From contig JADGIF010000006.1 in assembly GCA_018985225.1 (NCBI GenBank), positions 1 to 32,000 of the forward strand: a DNA stretch of 32,000 bases. Reading direction: 5' to 3'. The stretch's first letter is position 1. Each line of letters starts with the position of its first letter. Source of the stretch: Amoeboradix gromovi X-113. Taxonomy: Eukaryota; Fungi; Sanchytriomycota. Of this stretch, positions 10,560 to 19,984 are shown piece by piece. The translations under genes were made by a program, and so were the position numbers. The notes beneath the pieces are model-generated. The model saw nothing but the letters and a program-made list of their open reading frames with translations, was not told where the DNA came from and made no database searches.

Positions 10560-10577
10560 TAATTGCATCAGAGATGG
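10432..10577 (+). ncRNA. Candidate Fanzor omegaRNA (scaffold to 10559, flank-derived guide TAATTGCATCAGAGATGG)
   Basis: This conserved structured segment lies at the element right end and overlaps the nuclease 3' coding remnant. Conservation ends at GAGGAG. Confidence 0.6.
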
Positions 10578-10767
10578 CAATACTTGTTGACAAAGCCAGT
10601 AGAACCTTAAATTCCTGTATCTGTAGATCCCAATTGAATCCAACATGCTCTCATGCTTTTTTCTCAAGTCAAAGAAAGTTCAGAATATGTTCACATCAAA
10701 ACTTAGACAGTTGATAGGCCTTTACGCAAGTGAAAGGACTATTTGGCAACGTTTAAAATCTTTTTGG

Positions 10768-13700
10768 CACTCTGTAGTCTGGATGCTTCAGCACTGGAGA
10801 CTCGCATAAAGAGCTTTTCAGCTTGTCAAATGCTTCCTGACATGCGTCTGACCATTGGAACCTCGCATTCTTTGATATCAGCTTGGACAACGGACTGGCT
10901 ATATGTGCAAAGCGATACACAAAGTTGCGATAGTACGATGCCATTCCCAGGAATCTTCTGACTCCTCGCACTGTAGTTGGTGGTCGCATATCTCTGATTG
11001 CACTAACCTTTGCATTATCCACTTCGATACCCTTGTCACTGACAACATAGCCAAGATAGTTTATACGTTGCATGCCAATGCTGCACTTCTTTGCTCTCAG
11101 CTTGAGACTTGCACTTGTAAGCTTCTTGAATACGCTATCCATCACTTGGAGTAGCTCTTCCATATCTCTTGCATAGATGAGTATGTCATCCAGATATCAG
11201 CACATTTGACATACTGTGGACTAGTCTGTCCATCATTCGTTGGAATGTAGCAGGTGCAGTCTTCAGTCCAAAAGGCATTACTGTGAACTCGTACAGACCC
11301 AATGGTGTCACAAATGCCGTTTTCTCAACATCTGCACTGTGAATCGGTATCTGCCAGTATCCTGCTGCTAGGTCTAGCTTAGCAAAGTACTTGGCACCCT
11401 TCATCTTGGATAGACACTAGTCTATATTTGGCAGCGGATACTTGTCAGACTTGGTGTGCTGATTCAGCTTCCGATAATCCACACAGAATCTCCAGCTTTT
11501 ATCGATTTTGGGCACTAGTCTACTGGACTGGCATAGCCAGACTGACTGGGTCTGATAATCCCTAAGGACAGCATCTTGTCGATCTCTTCCTCGACCACAT
11601 GTCTCTGTGCCATGCTCAACCGATAGGGCTTGGAACTCACTACTGTTCCATCTGTTACTATCCTATGCGAGACAGCTGTAGTAGTAGACGCACCTCTTCC
11701 TTCATTCTCAAAGTAGCCAAACATGTAGCCATGCTTGTTGATGAACCTGTTGATGCTATCTTTGTCCTTGCTAGACAAGGACGGCTCAACATTAACCTCC
11801 TGTGCTGATCCATGCAAGATCTCGAAGCTCATTGAGGTCTTGGCTACAAGCGGGTCTAACTCAATGTCAGAAGAGTAATAAGTAGTAAATCTTTTAATAG
11901 ATTTGAAGCTTTCCAGCTTCTCGTTGAATGCATCACTCATACGCGCAGCACCGAGACTGACCAGAGCCTCTTTTTGGCTGCAGCTTAGTGAGATGGGCAT
12001 TCCAGCGATCCAGACTAGATCCTGCTCTCTGTCCAAGCGAATCTTCAGCTGATCTTGTCCGTCAATACCTAGCAAGCATTCTGGCACGAGGTCTTTGAAC
12101 ACTAGGAACTTGACCGGAACAGCTTCCATATGCTTGTGGAACTTCATGAGTATGCGCACCACCTCAGGTGCCTTGACCTTTTGCATATGCTTGACACCTG
12201 CTTGCTCAGCAAATTCCAGTGATATGCAATTCGTATCAGCACCGCTGTCAATGGTTACTGGAATACTTGTGAGTCCAACAACTGCCATAACCGTTGATGA
12301 CTTGTTAGTTCTTGTAAACTTAACTTCCTCTTCCAACAGCGTAATTGCACCTACTCGCGTAGATCTGCAATCTTTGGCATAATGACCTGGTTTGTTGCAT
12401 TTGAAGCAGACCAGTGCTTGGGTGCTACCTTGGTTGCTGCGATAGTTTGGTCTTCTGAAATTGGAAGTACTGGATTCATAGACTTTTCTCTCAGAGACCT
12501 GTCTTTCCGGGTTACTCGTACCCAAATGAGGTTTGAAACGCTTTCTTGATCCTTGTTCAGGATCAATCTTTCGTCGAAATGAATTGTGAAAGTCTTGAGT
12601 GACATCCTCATAGATCACAGCATCCTGATAGACCTTCTTGATGTCTGTGGATTCCTCAGATGCCAGCTTCTCTTTGATGCTATCACTATTCAATCCATGT
12701 GTAAAGATAGCCACAGCAAGGTCTGAACTGATTAGCTCAAACTCTTTACCATGTCTTTCACGTGCCATGCCATTTACGCGGCTCATCTTCTTAGACAAGT
12801 AATGGTAGTATCCTGTTATCTTCTAATTCTTTCCTTGTCGGGCACTGCACAAGTCTTGGATAGACTTCATGTATGCACCCGGTTGGCGGAACTCTCTTAG
12901 AAGCAGGCTCTTCAGTTCCTCGTAGTTGGAGCTGTCTCCCTCTGTTAGCACCATAAATGCTCGACCTCGCACGCTGTTGCCAAGCACATAGGCCTTCTCA
13001 GCCGAGCTCAGGTTATGGGGCTTTAGTAGAAACTCTAACTGGTGGAGCCATTCATTAATGCCAATAGATTCGCTTCCAGTAAACTTGTTTCCAAAAGCAT
13101 TTAGGATCTGCATCAAGATCTTGTATCTTAACTGGTGCAGTGTATTCTGGTTGCTCTTGATGGGTGTCTGAGTGTCATCGAAACTAATACCCAAGGCATT
13201 GTCTCTTGCTAGCTCAGAGTTTAATGGATTATCTGATTGTTCTTGCTTTTGTGGCTCCTTGATTTCTTTCTCTGGAATTTCAGCGAGTGCTACTACCCTC
13301 GCTACCATGTTATGGTCCTCACTAGGGTCTGGAGAGGTTTGGTTCGAATGCGGTGAAGTTGCGTTAGAATTCATAAGTTCTTTATTGAGGGCATCGCTCT
13401 CTTTTATAGCCAACGATCTGCTATCATTGGTTGAGCGATATTAATGTGCTGTTAAATGATTGATCTACATATCTTGCACCAATCTTACTCAGTTATCTCT
13501 GACAAATAGTAAATCTCTCATTTACATGAGATCATGCTGTTTGTTCACCAATCAGCCAGAGCCATACTCACAACAGTTTGGATGTTCTGAATTCTGGAAT
13601 CATCAGCACAAGAGTTCTTCTTCCCAATGAGTAGATCAACTTCTTGTTTGGAATAGAGCAGTTTCCTCTTCTGTTATGCGTGTAGCTACCATCTCCATAA

Positions 13701-13888
13701 TAACGCACTTTCTTTCTTTCTCTGTCATCATACTTCATGCTGGTTTGATAGGTGTAATTGCACTTGGATCGTGCCTCTCGTTTTGAGGGTGGTCTGCTCT
13801 CTTCATCAGCGGAATTGCGCTCTCTTTTCATGTTTTGTAAGTGGCAATCCTCTTCTTTCAACTCTGATTGAATTGTATTTGAAATCAT
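10768..13888 (-). mobile_element. Degenerate Ty3/gypsy LTR retrotransposon (gag, CCHC knuckle, aspartic protease, RT), truncated at the start of RNase H
   Basis: Motifs are gag (WLHQLEF..L; ARQGKN*K), CFKCNKPGHYAKDC, protease IDSGADTN, and RT motifs [35 protein letters not shown] and YLDD. It has in-frame TAGs (12823-12825 and about 11417), frameshifts near 11518 and 11197, and no RNase H or integrase after KHPDYR. Confidence 0.92.
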
Positions 13889-14020
13889 AAAATCAGTAGT
13901 TACCGTACAAATCTAAAATAAAGACTGGATGAAAGGGCAAAAAAATAGCTGTACAGAATATTTATTTTTGAAATTTCGATACAAATTGTCTAGTCTAGTT
14001 TTTACAGAGCATGTCCCAGA

Positions 14021-14382
14021 TGTTACTTCTAATCTACATGTCTTTCTGTGTTTCGTTACAGACTGAAGAGGCTCTATCCTCTAGTTTTGCCATACTTTTA
14101 TAATTCTAATGCGCGATTAATAAGCCAAGAGTGGCTGAAAGTTTTAAAGTACATACATTCCAAAGTATTATAGGGTTTAAGAATGTGTCTTATGCCCCTA
14201 GATTGAAGGCAGCTTTATCCAATCGTTTACAATGGCATTAGTTCTAGAATAAACTTCTGCTCTGTAGAGTTAATGCTTCCAGCAGTTCATCCCGGTTGGT
14301 CAAAAATTAGGCTAGTGACTACAGACCCGAAACATATACATCACTATTGATCTCACCTTGGGCTTGCAATCACTTTATTACA
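14021..14382 (-). repeat. Possible 5' LTR of the gypsy element
   Basis: The minus strand begins TGTAAT, contains TATAAAAG and ends GTAACA followed by TCTGG (PBS-like TGG). No second LTR is present to confirm it. Confidence 0.25.
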
Positions 14383-14457
14383 GGTATAGCTCATCAGCTG
14401 GTCTTGTAAACTTCTCTGTTTAATTTCTACTTCTAGAGAACGCCATGAATTTTAAAG

Positions 14458-15363
14458 ATGGCATTCAATATGGCAAGACTTTTTCAAAACCTTCGGAGAT
14501 TCTTAAACAATACAATGCTGTCTCAATTAGCAAAGTTGAGTCGGTGGGACAAGCCTGTTGGAACTCTGTTACTGTTTGTTCCATGTCAATGGGGATTGTA
14601 TTGCACAGATGCTAATTTGTTAAAGTACACCGCATTATTTGCAATTGGCTCTGTAGCGATGAGAGGTGTCGGGTGCACAATAAATGATATATGGGACTGT
14701 AAATATGATAGGCTGGTTGAGAGAACCAAAGAAAGGCCTATTGCAAATAATAAAATAACAATTAAAAATGCAATTTTGTGGAGCGGGGCTCAGAGTTTAG
14801 TAGGATTGGGAGTTTTGCTACAATTGCCATTTCAAACCCAGATTATAGCACTAAGCAGTGTTCCTCTAGTACTGGCATACCCGCTGTTTAAACGTGTAAC
14901 CTTCTTCCCGCAAGCAATTCTGGGCTGCGCCTTTAATTATGGTGCATTAGTCGGATGCAGCCTAAGTCTACCGATAGACCTAAGTTGCGCTTTACTATTT
15001 GCTAACGGTTGGTGTTGGACCATGATTTATGACACTCTGTATGCGCACCAAGATAAGGTAGACGATTTAAAGATCGGCATAAAGTCAACCGCGTTGAAGT
15101 TTGGGAATGATAAATCATCATTATATTTACTAACCACTGCTCAGTTTTCTTGCTTATGTGGACTGCACTTGCTTCAAGGCACATATTTGATAAGTTATTC
15201 AATTGCCGCTATTCTTTACCAGACTAGCATAATTCATTCTGTCAAACTTGATGTTCCCAAGTCCTGCAAGTCGGCATTTGACAAGTCTGTATTCACAGGA
15301 ATTCTAATTGCTTTAGGGCTACTGCATGATCGCATAAGTAACTCCAAAGATAAAGAACTCTAA
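14458..15363 (+). CDS. COQ2: 4-hydroxybenzoate polyprenyltransferase
   Basis: Recognised motifs are RWDKPVGTLLL, MRGVGCTINDIWD..YDRLVERTKERPIA, YPLFKR and YDTLYAHQDKVDD..GIKSTA. Confidence 0.95.
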   Translation: MAFNMARLFQNLRRFLNNTMLSQLAKLSRWDKPVGTLLLFVPCQWGLYCTDANLLKYTALFAIGSVAMRGVGCTINDIWDCKYDRLVERTKERPIANNKITIKNAILWSGAQSLVGLGVLLQLPFQTQIIALSSVPLVLAYPLFKRVTFFPQAILGCAFNYGALVGCSLSLPIDLSCALLFANGWCWTMIYDTLYAHQDKVDDLKIGIKSTALKFGNDKSSLYLLTTAQFSCLCGLHLLQGTYLISYSIAAILYQTSIIHSVKLDVPKSCKSAFDKSVFTGILIALGLLHDRISNSKDKEL

Positions 15364-15806
15364 ATAAACAATTTGATGAATTATTTGACTCCTCTATGCA
15401 GTCCTGATTTCATAGAGAAACTGAAAGGCAGTTTATTGCATTAATTGCTCACGCCTCCATTAGCCTGTGGTAGTATAAAAACAAATGCACACTTTCAAAT
15501 TTATATTTTTCACTGCCTTAAGGTCTTTATCTACTTCCTAATAAGCTTTCAACGTTTTGAATAACTTGGTTGTGAAAGAAGTCTTCAGATATAGTATCTA
15601 ATTATCGGCCAATATCCTATTTTTCCTCATCACACGTAACCCTTGTAGTTAAGATAACCTCTGTTGAGTAAAACGTGGAAATACCAAACAACTGTTAGAT
15701 AATCGATTTTCTAGCATTGAGAACCATTTTGCAGACTGTTTTACTAGTGATTATGTTTACTAGTTAATTGCGTTAATTTGACATTTTTGGCTGTGGTCAT
15801 TTGTAA

Positions 15807-15947
15807 TAGATGACAGAGTACCGACTCCTCATTAAAAGTCCTGATTTCCGAGAAAATCGAGAATCTCCACGGAGAAACTAATGCTATATCTCCGTTACAG
15901 TGATTGCTGACGCTTTCACTGCCCTTAGGCGGGATTGAATAAGGATG
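15807..15947 (-). ncRNA. Candidate omegaRNA of copy B (guide TCGGTACTCTGTCATCTA)
   Basis: The same scaffold is present as in copies A, C and E, including an ACGGAGA/TCTCCGT stem. Confidence 0.55.
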
Positions 15948-16504
15948 TAGATACTTGATGTATATGTTCCTTGTTGCCATATGATCTCTATCTATCTTCA
16001 AATGACACTTTGTACAGGTTCAGGTTTCTAAACTGGTTTTCTTCAGGGTACCATACCTCGTACATGGCATCGAATATGTTCCTTGGTGCCATGTGGTCCA
16101 TGTCCACTTCCAAACGACACTATGTACATGAATAGCTCTCCAAATTGGGTTTCTTTAGATTTCCACATATTGTACATCTTTGAATAGTAAATGATTCATT
16201 ACATTCGATTATCGTCTTTCCTCTTTGTTTACATTTAAACTTCAAGCGTTACTTGAATAAATTGTACAGATATCGCTGTCTAGGTGTCGAAAGACATCTA
16301 ATTCTTCCACATTTGGACCAGTTCCTCAGTGTTGAAGAATGTATGCTGTACCTACTAGTTATTTCTTTAGAATTGATTTACAATTTGTGAAAAGGAAGAA
16401 TATCAAGTATTCAAGCTAGTAGAAAAATCTGGAAAAGTCATGAAATTATACAAAAATGCATACAAATTCGCGATAAATGATATATTCAAGAAAACAATCG
16501 AGCT
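15825..16504 (-). mobile_element. Non-autonomous IS607/Fanzor2 element, copy B (both ends present)
   Basis: On the minus strand the order is ACAG|ctcgattgttttcttgaat, then TnpA HTH SKEITSRYSIHSSTLRNWSKCGRIRCLSTP, then Fanzor2 LFK*RLKFKCKQRGKTIIECNESFTIQRCTICG. A duplicated Zn finger, KIDRDHMATRNIYIKY and the right end ttttaatgaggag follow. Confidence 0.9.
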
Positions 16505-16582
16505 GTTATTAGTTGCAAAATCCTGTAAAAAAAGCCTATTTGAGCAATAAAATTCATTTATAGCTATAAATAATTTATTTAT

Positions 16583-16981
16583 TTAAAGCCGATAGCTACT
16601 TATCAGCTTGTATACTTGCTGCACTTCGCTCACGCGAATTCTAATGGACTCCAAAGTTGTCAAAACTTGAAGCTCCATGTTAATTAGTTCCACACATGGA
16701 ATGACTAGCACAGCAGATATATATTTATTAGGGATGGTGTTGTAATTCAACTTATTGACCAGCAGGTAGCAAGCTAAAAACACATCTGACAATTTTCCAT
16801 CCAAGGAATTGCCAAGTCTTTTCAGATATATGATAGTTTGGCAGAATTGAATTGGGTTGATTCTAAGAACTTGGACTGCGTATGATATTCGTTCAACATC
16901 TATTGGGGTGAACTGTAAATATTGAGAAACTATGGGCAATGCTCTCAGCTGCACAAACATGGCATTCATGATCTCTTGCAT
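16583..16981 (-). CDS. Small PHO80/Pcl-like cyclin-fold protein
   Basis: IIYLKRL...VFLACYLLVNK...N...ELINMELQVLTTL matches the cyclin-box pattern of Pho80/Pcl cyclins. Confidence 0.6.
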   Translation of the reverse strand: MQEIMNAMFVQLRALPIVSQYLQFTPIDVERISYAVQVLRINPIQFCQTIIYLKRLGNSLDGKLSDVFLACYLLVNKLNYNTIPNKYISAVLVIPCVELINMELQVLTTLESIRIRVSEVQQVYKLISSYRL

Positions 16982-17932
16982 TACAGTTCTCTGCTGTTCC
17001 AAGTTCCCTGTTTTCTTGTCATTTGTATCTAATTACAAATGATCTGATGTAATTGCCAAAACTCATCTAAACAGAAAATGGCGCCATATCTCTAAAATTC
17101 TAGAGGGGTTAAAAATATTGAGACATTAAATTGAGAAAGTAACTAGCTTAAGTTAGCAAGAGAAGTGCCTCACTAGGAAACGGCTTTCTGATACATTACA
17201 CTCCACAATCTCAAGTGTAATTCAGTGTCCGGGAAATCCAGTTGGCTCTAAAAGACTAATGATTTTAGTGAAATTTGCTTATAATAAGGTCGCTGGCGTC
17301 AAACTAGAAAAGAATACGCCTAAGTTATCACATTTATTTTTCTCCTCCCTAATGTTTAAATGCAAAGATCTGAGAAAAAAATAGAGTTCACATTACTTAA
17401 ATATACACAACTCGGGCAGATACCATTTAAACTTATCTCTGCCTGGTTTGATATCTTTTTAGTTCGTGACTGCAGCTACAGCATTCGAATCTTCTCGATT
17501 GTACGCTTTTTGTCAACTGAGAGTTGCATTTAAACACTAAATGGTGGAGTATGCTGGACTGCAGCTACTCAAATTAACTCAATATGTTTTTACTTCGCAT
17601 GAGGCTAATAGATTTTATGCCCAAAACTCAAAGTTGACCAATGTCAGAGATTCGTTCCATTACGATTGTACATAAAAACAGCTCAAAAATCACACGATTA
17701 GTTGAAGAGCTGTTTATTTTTGAAATACATGACTAGAGTCTAGTCGAGAGATATGTCCGTTGGTACCAGTATTTTATCTGAGAGCGAAATAAAAGTAAGA
17801 TTGTTGTGATACAAGTTACCTGAGCAGAACAAGCCAGTTAAAACAAATTGACATATTGGCGAGGCTATTGCGTAACCATTGCCGTGTAATCGCCAGATTT
17901 AGAGTATTTAAGGTATCTGGTTACTGCACATC

Positions 17933-18892
17933 ATGTTAATACAATTAGCTCTTATTCACAGTGTCACTTGTACTTTTGGTCATGCGAGAGCTGAATCAAG
18001 CTGCAAATCCAGAAGTTCTAAATGGGGATTTTTTCGTAACTCAATTCATAAACCTGTGTTCCAAAAACAGGTTCACCAGAGAGGCCCTAGTGCAGAAGTC
18101 GACCCGTTGAATGGGTCATCAAAAAAGGAAGTTTATAAAATACTAAACAATTATTTTTCTGGATCTCGCATCAGTTCAGACGCCAGCGATAAGGAGGCCA
18201 ATGATATCTACGGATACTCCAAAGGCATAAATTTCTCAGAATTAGAATGTTTTACGCCTAAAGATAGTAAAGATAGAAGTCCATGTCCTTTTATTAACAG
18301 TTTGGCTAATTGCCATTTAATCAATTTCAGTGGTAAGGACATTCCCTTACAGCAGCTTAAAGAAGCTGCTATGCATATTGGCAATGTATTCATGGGCGGT
18401 ATTGATAAGGTTGTTGACACGTTTAAGCCCGTTGCTAAAGATAAGGATGGAAAACTTGTTATTGACTTGAATCAGCTTAATGTTCATCGTGATGCTGATC
18501 ATCTACATGCAGTTGAGCATGATTATTCGCTTACCAGGTTAAATTATTTCGAGGGAGACAACCACACACCAAATAACAATTTGATAGAGCAGCTAATGCA
18601 ATTTGCTACCGACGGCTACTTGACACTAAACCAACTAATAAAAGCAAGAACATTGAGGATGCGGCAAACTCGGGCTGATAGTAGACATAAAGCTTTCAAC
18701 GATTGGCTTCCCTCAAGTGTGGAACTTGTATTCTTAGCAACTACATTGGGCAGAGACGATAGAATAAGTGTCCAGGATGCTTATTCATTTTTAAAGTTAG
18801 AGCGATTTCCAAAGAACTGGAGCCCTCGCCCAAAAGTTTTGGGGCAGTTCGAATTTATCAGAAAGTTGGCATATATTTACGTTAAGGAATGA
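17933..18892 (+). CDS. Secreted heme-thiolate peroxidase (chloroperoxidase/unspecific peroxygenase family)
   Basis: It has a signal-peptide-like N-terminus, RSPCPFINSLAN (proximal Cys PCP motif), EHDYSLTR and a C-terminal ERFPKNW. Confidence 0.9.
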   Translation: MLIQLALIHSVTCTFGHARAESSCKSRSSKWGFFRNSIHKPVFQKQVHQRGPSAEVDPLNGSSKKEVYKILNNYFSGSRISSDASDKEANDIYGYSKGINFSELECFTPKDSKDRSPCPFINSLANCHLINFSGKDIPLQQLKEAAMHIGNVFMGGIDKVVDTFKPVAKDKDGKLVIDLNQLNVHRDADHLHAVEHDYSLTRLNYFEGDNHTPNNNLIEQLMQFATDGYLTLNQLIKARTLRMRQTRADSRHKAFNDWLPSSVELVFLATTLGRDDRISVQDAYSFLKLERFPKNWSPRPKVLGQFEFIRKLAYIYVKE

Positions 18893-19059
18893 ATAAATCA
18901 GATCTTGTTACGAGCGCACTTGGCTTAACCGATTTAGCACTTTGAATTTTTGGATTCGCTGTAAAAGTCATATAACGTTAAATATGAGAGTATAACATAT
19001 TTACTCGGACATTTAGGTAATTTTTCGAATGAAACGCATTAGTCCTCAGTTTTGCTGAT

Positions 19060-19920
19060 TTACTTACTCAATCTGGCCATAAAATTAGCGTGATAATTCC
19101 AAAATGGATCTCTTAATACTTGGGACATGCTAGGACGCGATTTGGCATTACGATCGACCATTTTGAGCAAAATATTTACAAACAAAATGTTCAGTCCATG
19201 AATAGTAGGATTTTTATCATTTAGCAACTGAAGCCTTGCACTTGCATTTAAGTTATCTGCTATTCTGTAAGACTCAACCATTTTCATCAAAGTATATCTA
19301 TTCAGCGTATGCTTGTTATCTAAAATTTGTAAAGCCATAATGCCAAGAGAATGAACATCGGCTTTATAACCATTCCACTCGAACCTTTTGTTTGAATTCA
19401 AATTGGCATATAGCTCAGGAGCCATATAAAGTGAAGTACCGAGACTTGTCGAGTGCATATGGCATTGTTTGCGAGAAAGTGAAAAATCGCAAAGCTTGTA
19501 AACATTGTTGCATATCAAAACATTTCCTGGTTTTATATCAAGGTGGCAGAACCCTTTCGAATGCATAAAGTACAGCGCATTAGCTACTTGATAGAAAATC
19601 CTTATGGATTCTAAAATATCAATTTTGCGGTTTGCCAGTCTGTAAGGTAGTGACTGATCGCATTTCTCCATGAATAGCAAGTACTTTTTAGTAGATACAG
19701 CAACAGACCCTTTGTATACAACAATATATTGGTGATTTAATCTTGACATTACCTGCGCTTCGTTTTTGAGAGCACTCAACGCAAATCTAGAACTAGAGTT
19801 CTCTTTCACTACACACTGCTCATTATTTATACTTGCCAGCTTAACTATACCATGCGTCCCTTTTCCTATCACTTTGTTTTCGTAAACGTAGTAACTGCAG
19901 ACAATCGAGAGGAAAAACAT
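19060..19920 (-). CDS. Ser/Thr protein kinase
   Basis: Motifs are IGKGTHGIV, VVK, HLDIKPGN, DFS (in place of DFG), GTSLYMAPE and DVHSLG. Confidence 0.9.
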   Translation of the reverse strand: MFFLSIVCSYYVYENKVIGKGTHGIVKLASINNEQCVVKENSSSRFALSALKNEAQVMSRLNHQYIVVYKGSVAVSTKKYLLFMEKCDQSLPYRLANRKIDILESIRIFYQVANALYFMHSKGFCHLDIKPGNVLICNNVYKLCDFSLSRKQCHMHSTSLGTSLYMAPELYANLNSNKRFEWNGYKADVHSLGIMALQILDNKHTLNRYTLMKMVESYRIADNLNASARLQLLNDKNPTIHGLNILFVNILLKMVDRNAKSRPSMSQVLRDPFWNYHANFMARLSK

Positions 19921-19984
19921 CTGACTTGTAGGAGAATGTTTTGGAAAGTTCAAACCACATTTTGAGCAAATATTTACTAGAACG

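Noticed and set aside
10560-10577. Guide targets inside this window
   Set aside because: I found no convincing ACAG+guide match by eye for guides A, B, C or E; a genome-wide search is needed.
11410-12830. Stop-codon reassignment (two gypsy TAGs fall where Glu is expected; aphelid-type recoding was considered)
   Set aside because: The same element also has two frameshifts and a truncation. Host genes have long standard-code ORFs ending at TAA, TAG and TGA, so simple decay explains it.
15825-15947. Conserved structured segment as a self-cleaving ribozyme, snRNA, rRNA fragment or Helitron end
   Set aside because: It has no hammerhead CUGANGA/GAAA core, no HDV/twister/pistol topology and no CTRR terminus. 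Its position directly after DRD..ARNI fits an omegaRNA better.
15963-16177. CRISPR-like array
   Set aside because: There are only two ~112-nt units with no unique spacers, and the units translate to a duplicated Zn finger.
10039-16504. Copies A and B as LTRs or terminal inverted repeats of a composite element carrying gypsy and COQ2
   Set aside because: They are inverted, quite diverged, encode TnpA/TnpB remnants and recur independently elsewhere in the window.
17677-17715. 9-bp inverted repeat AAACAGCTC/GAGCTGTTT containing the left-end motif
   Set aside because: It is too short, and there is no further similarity to the element.
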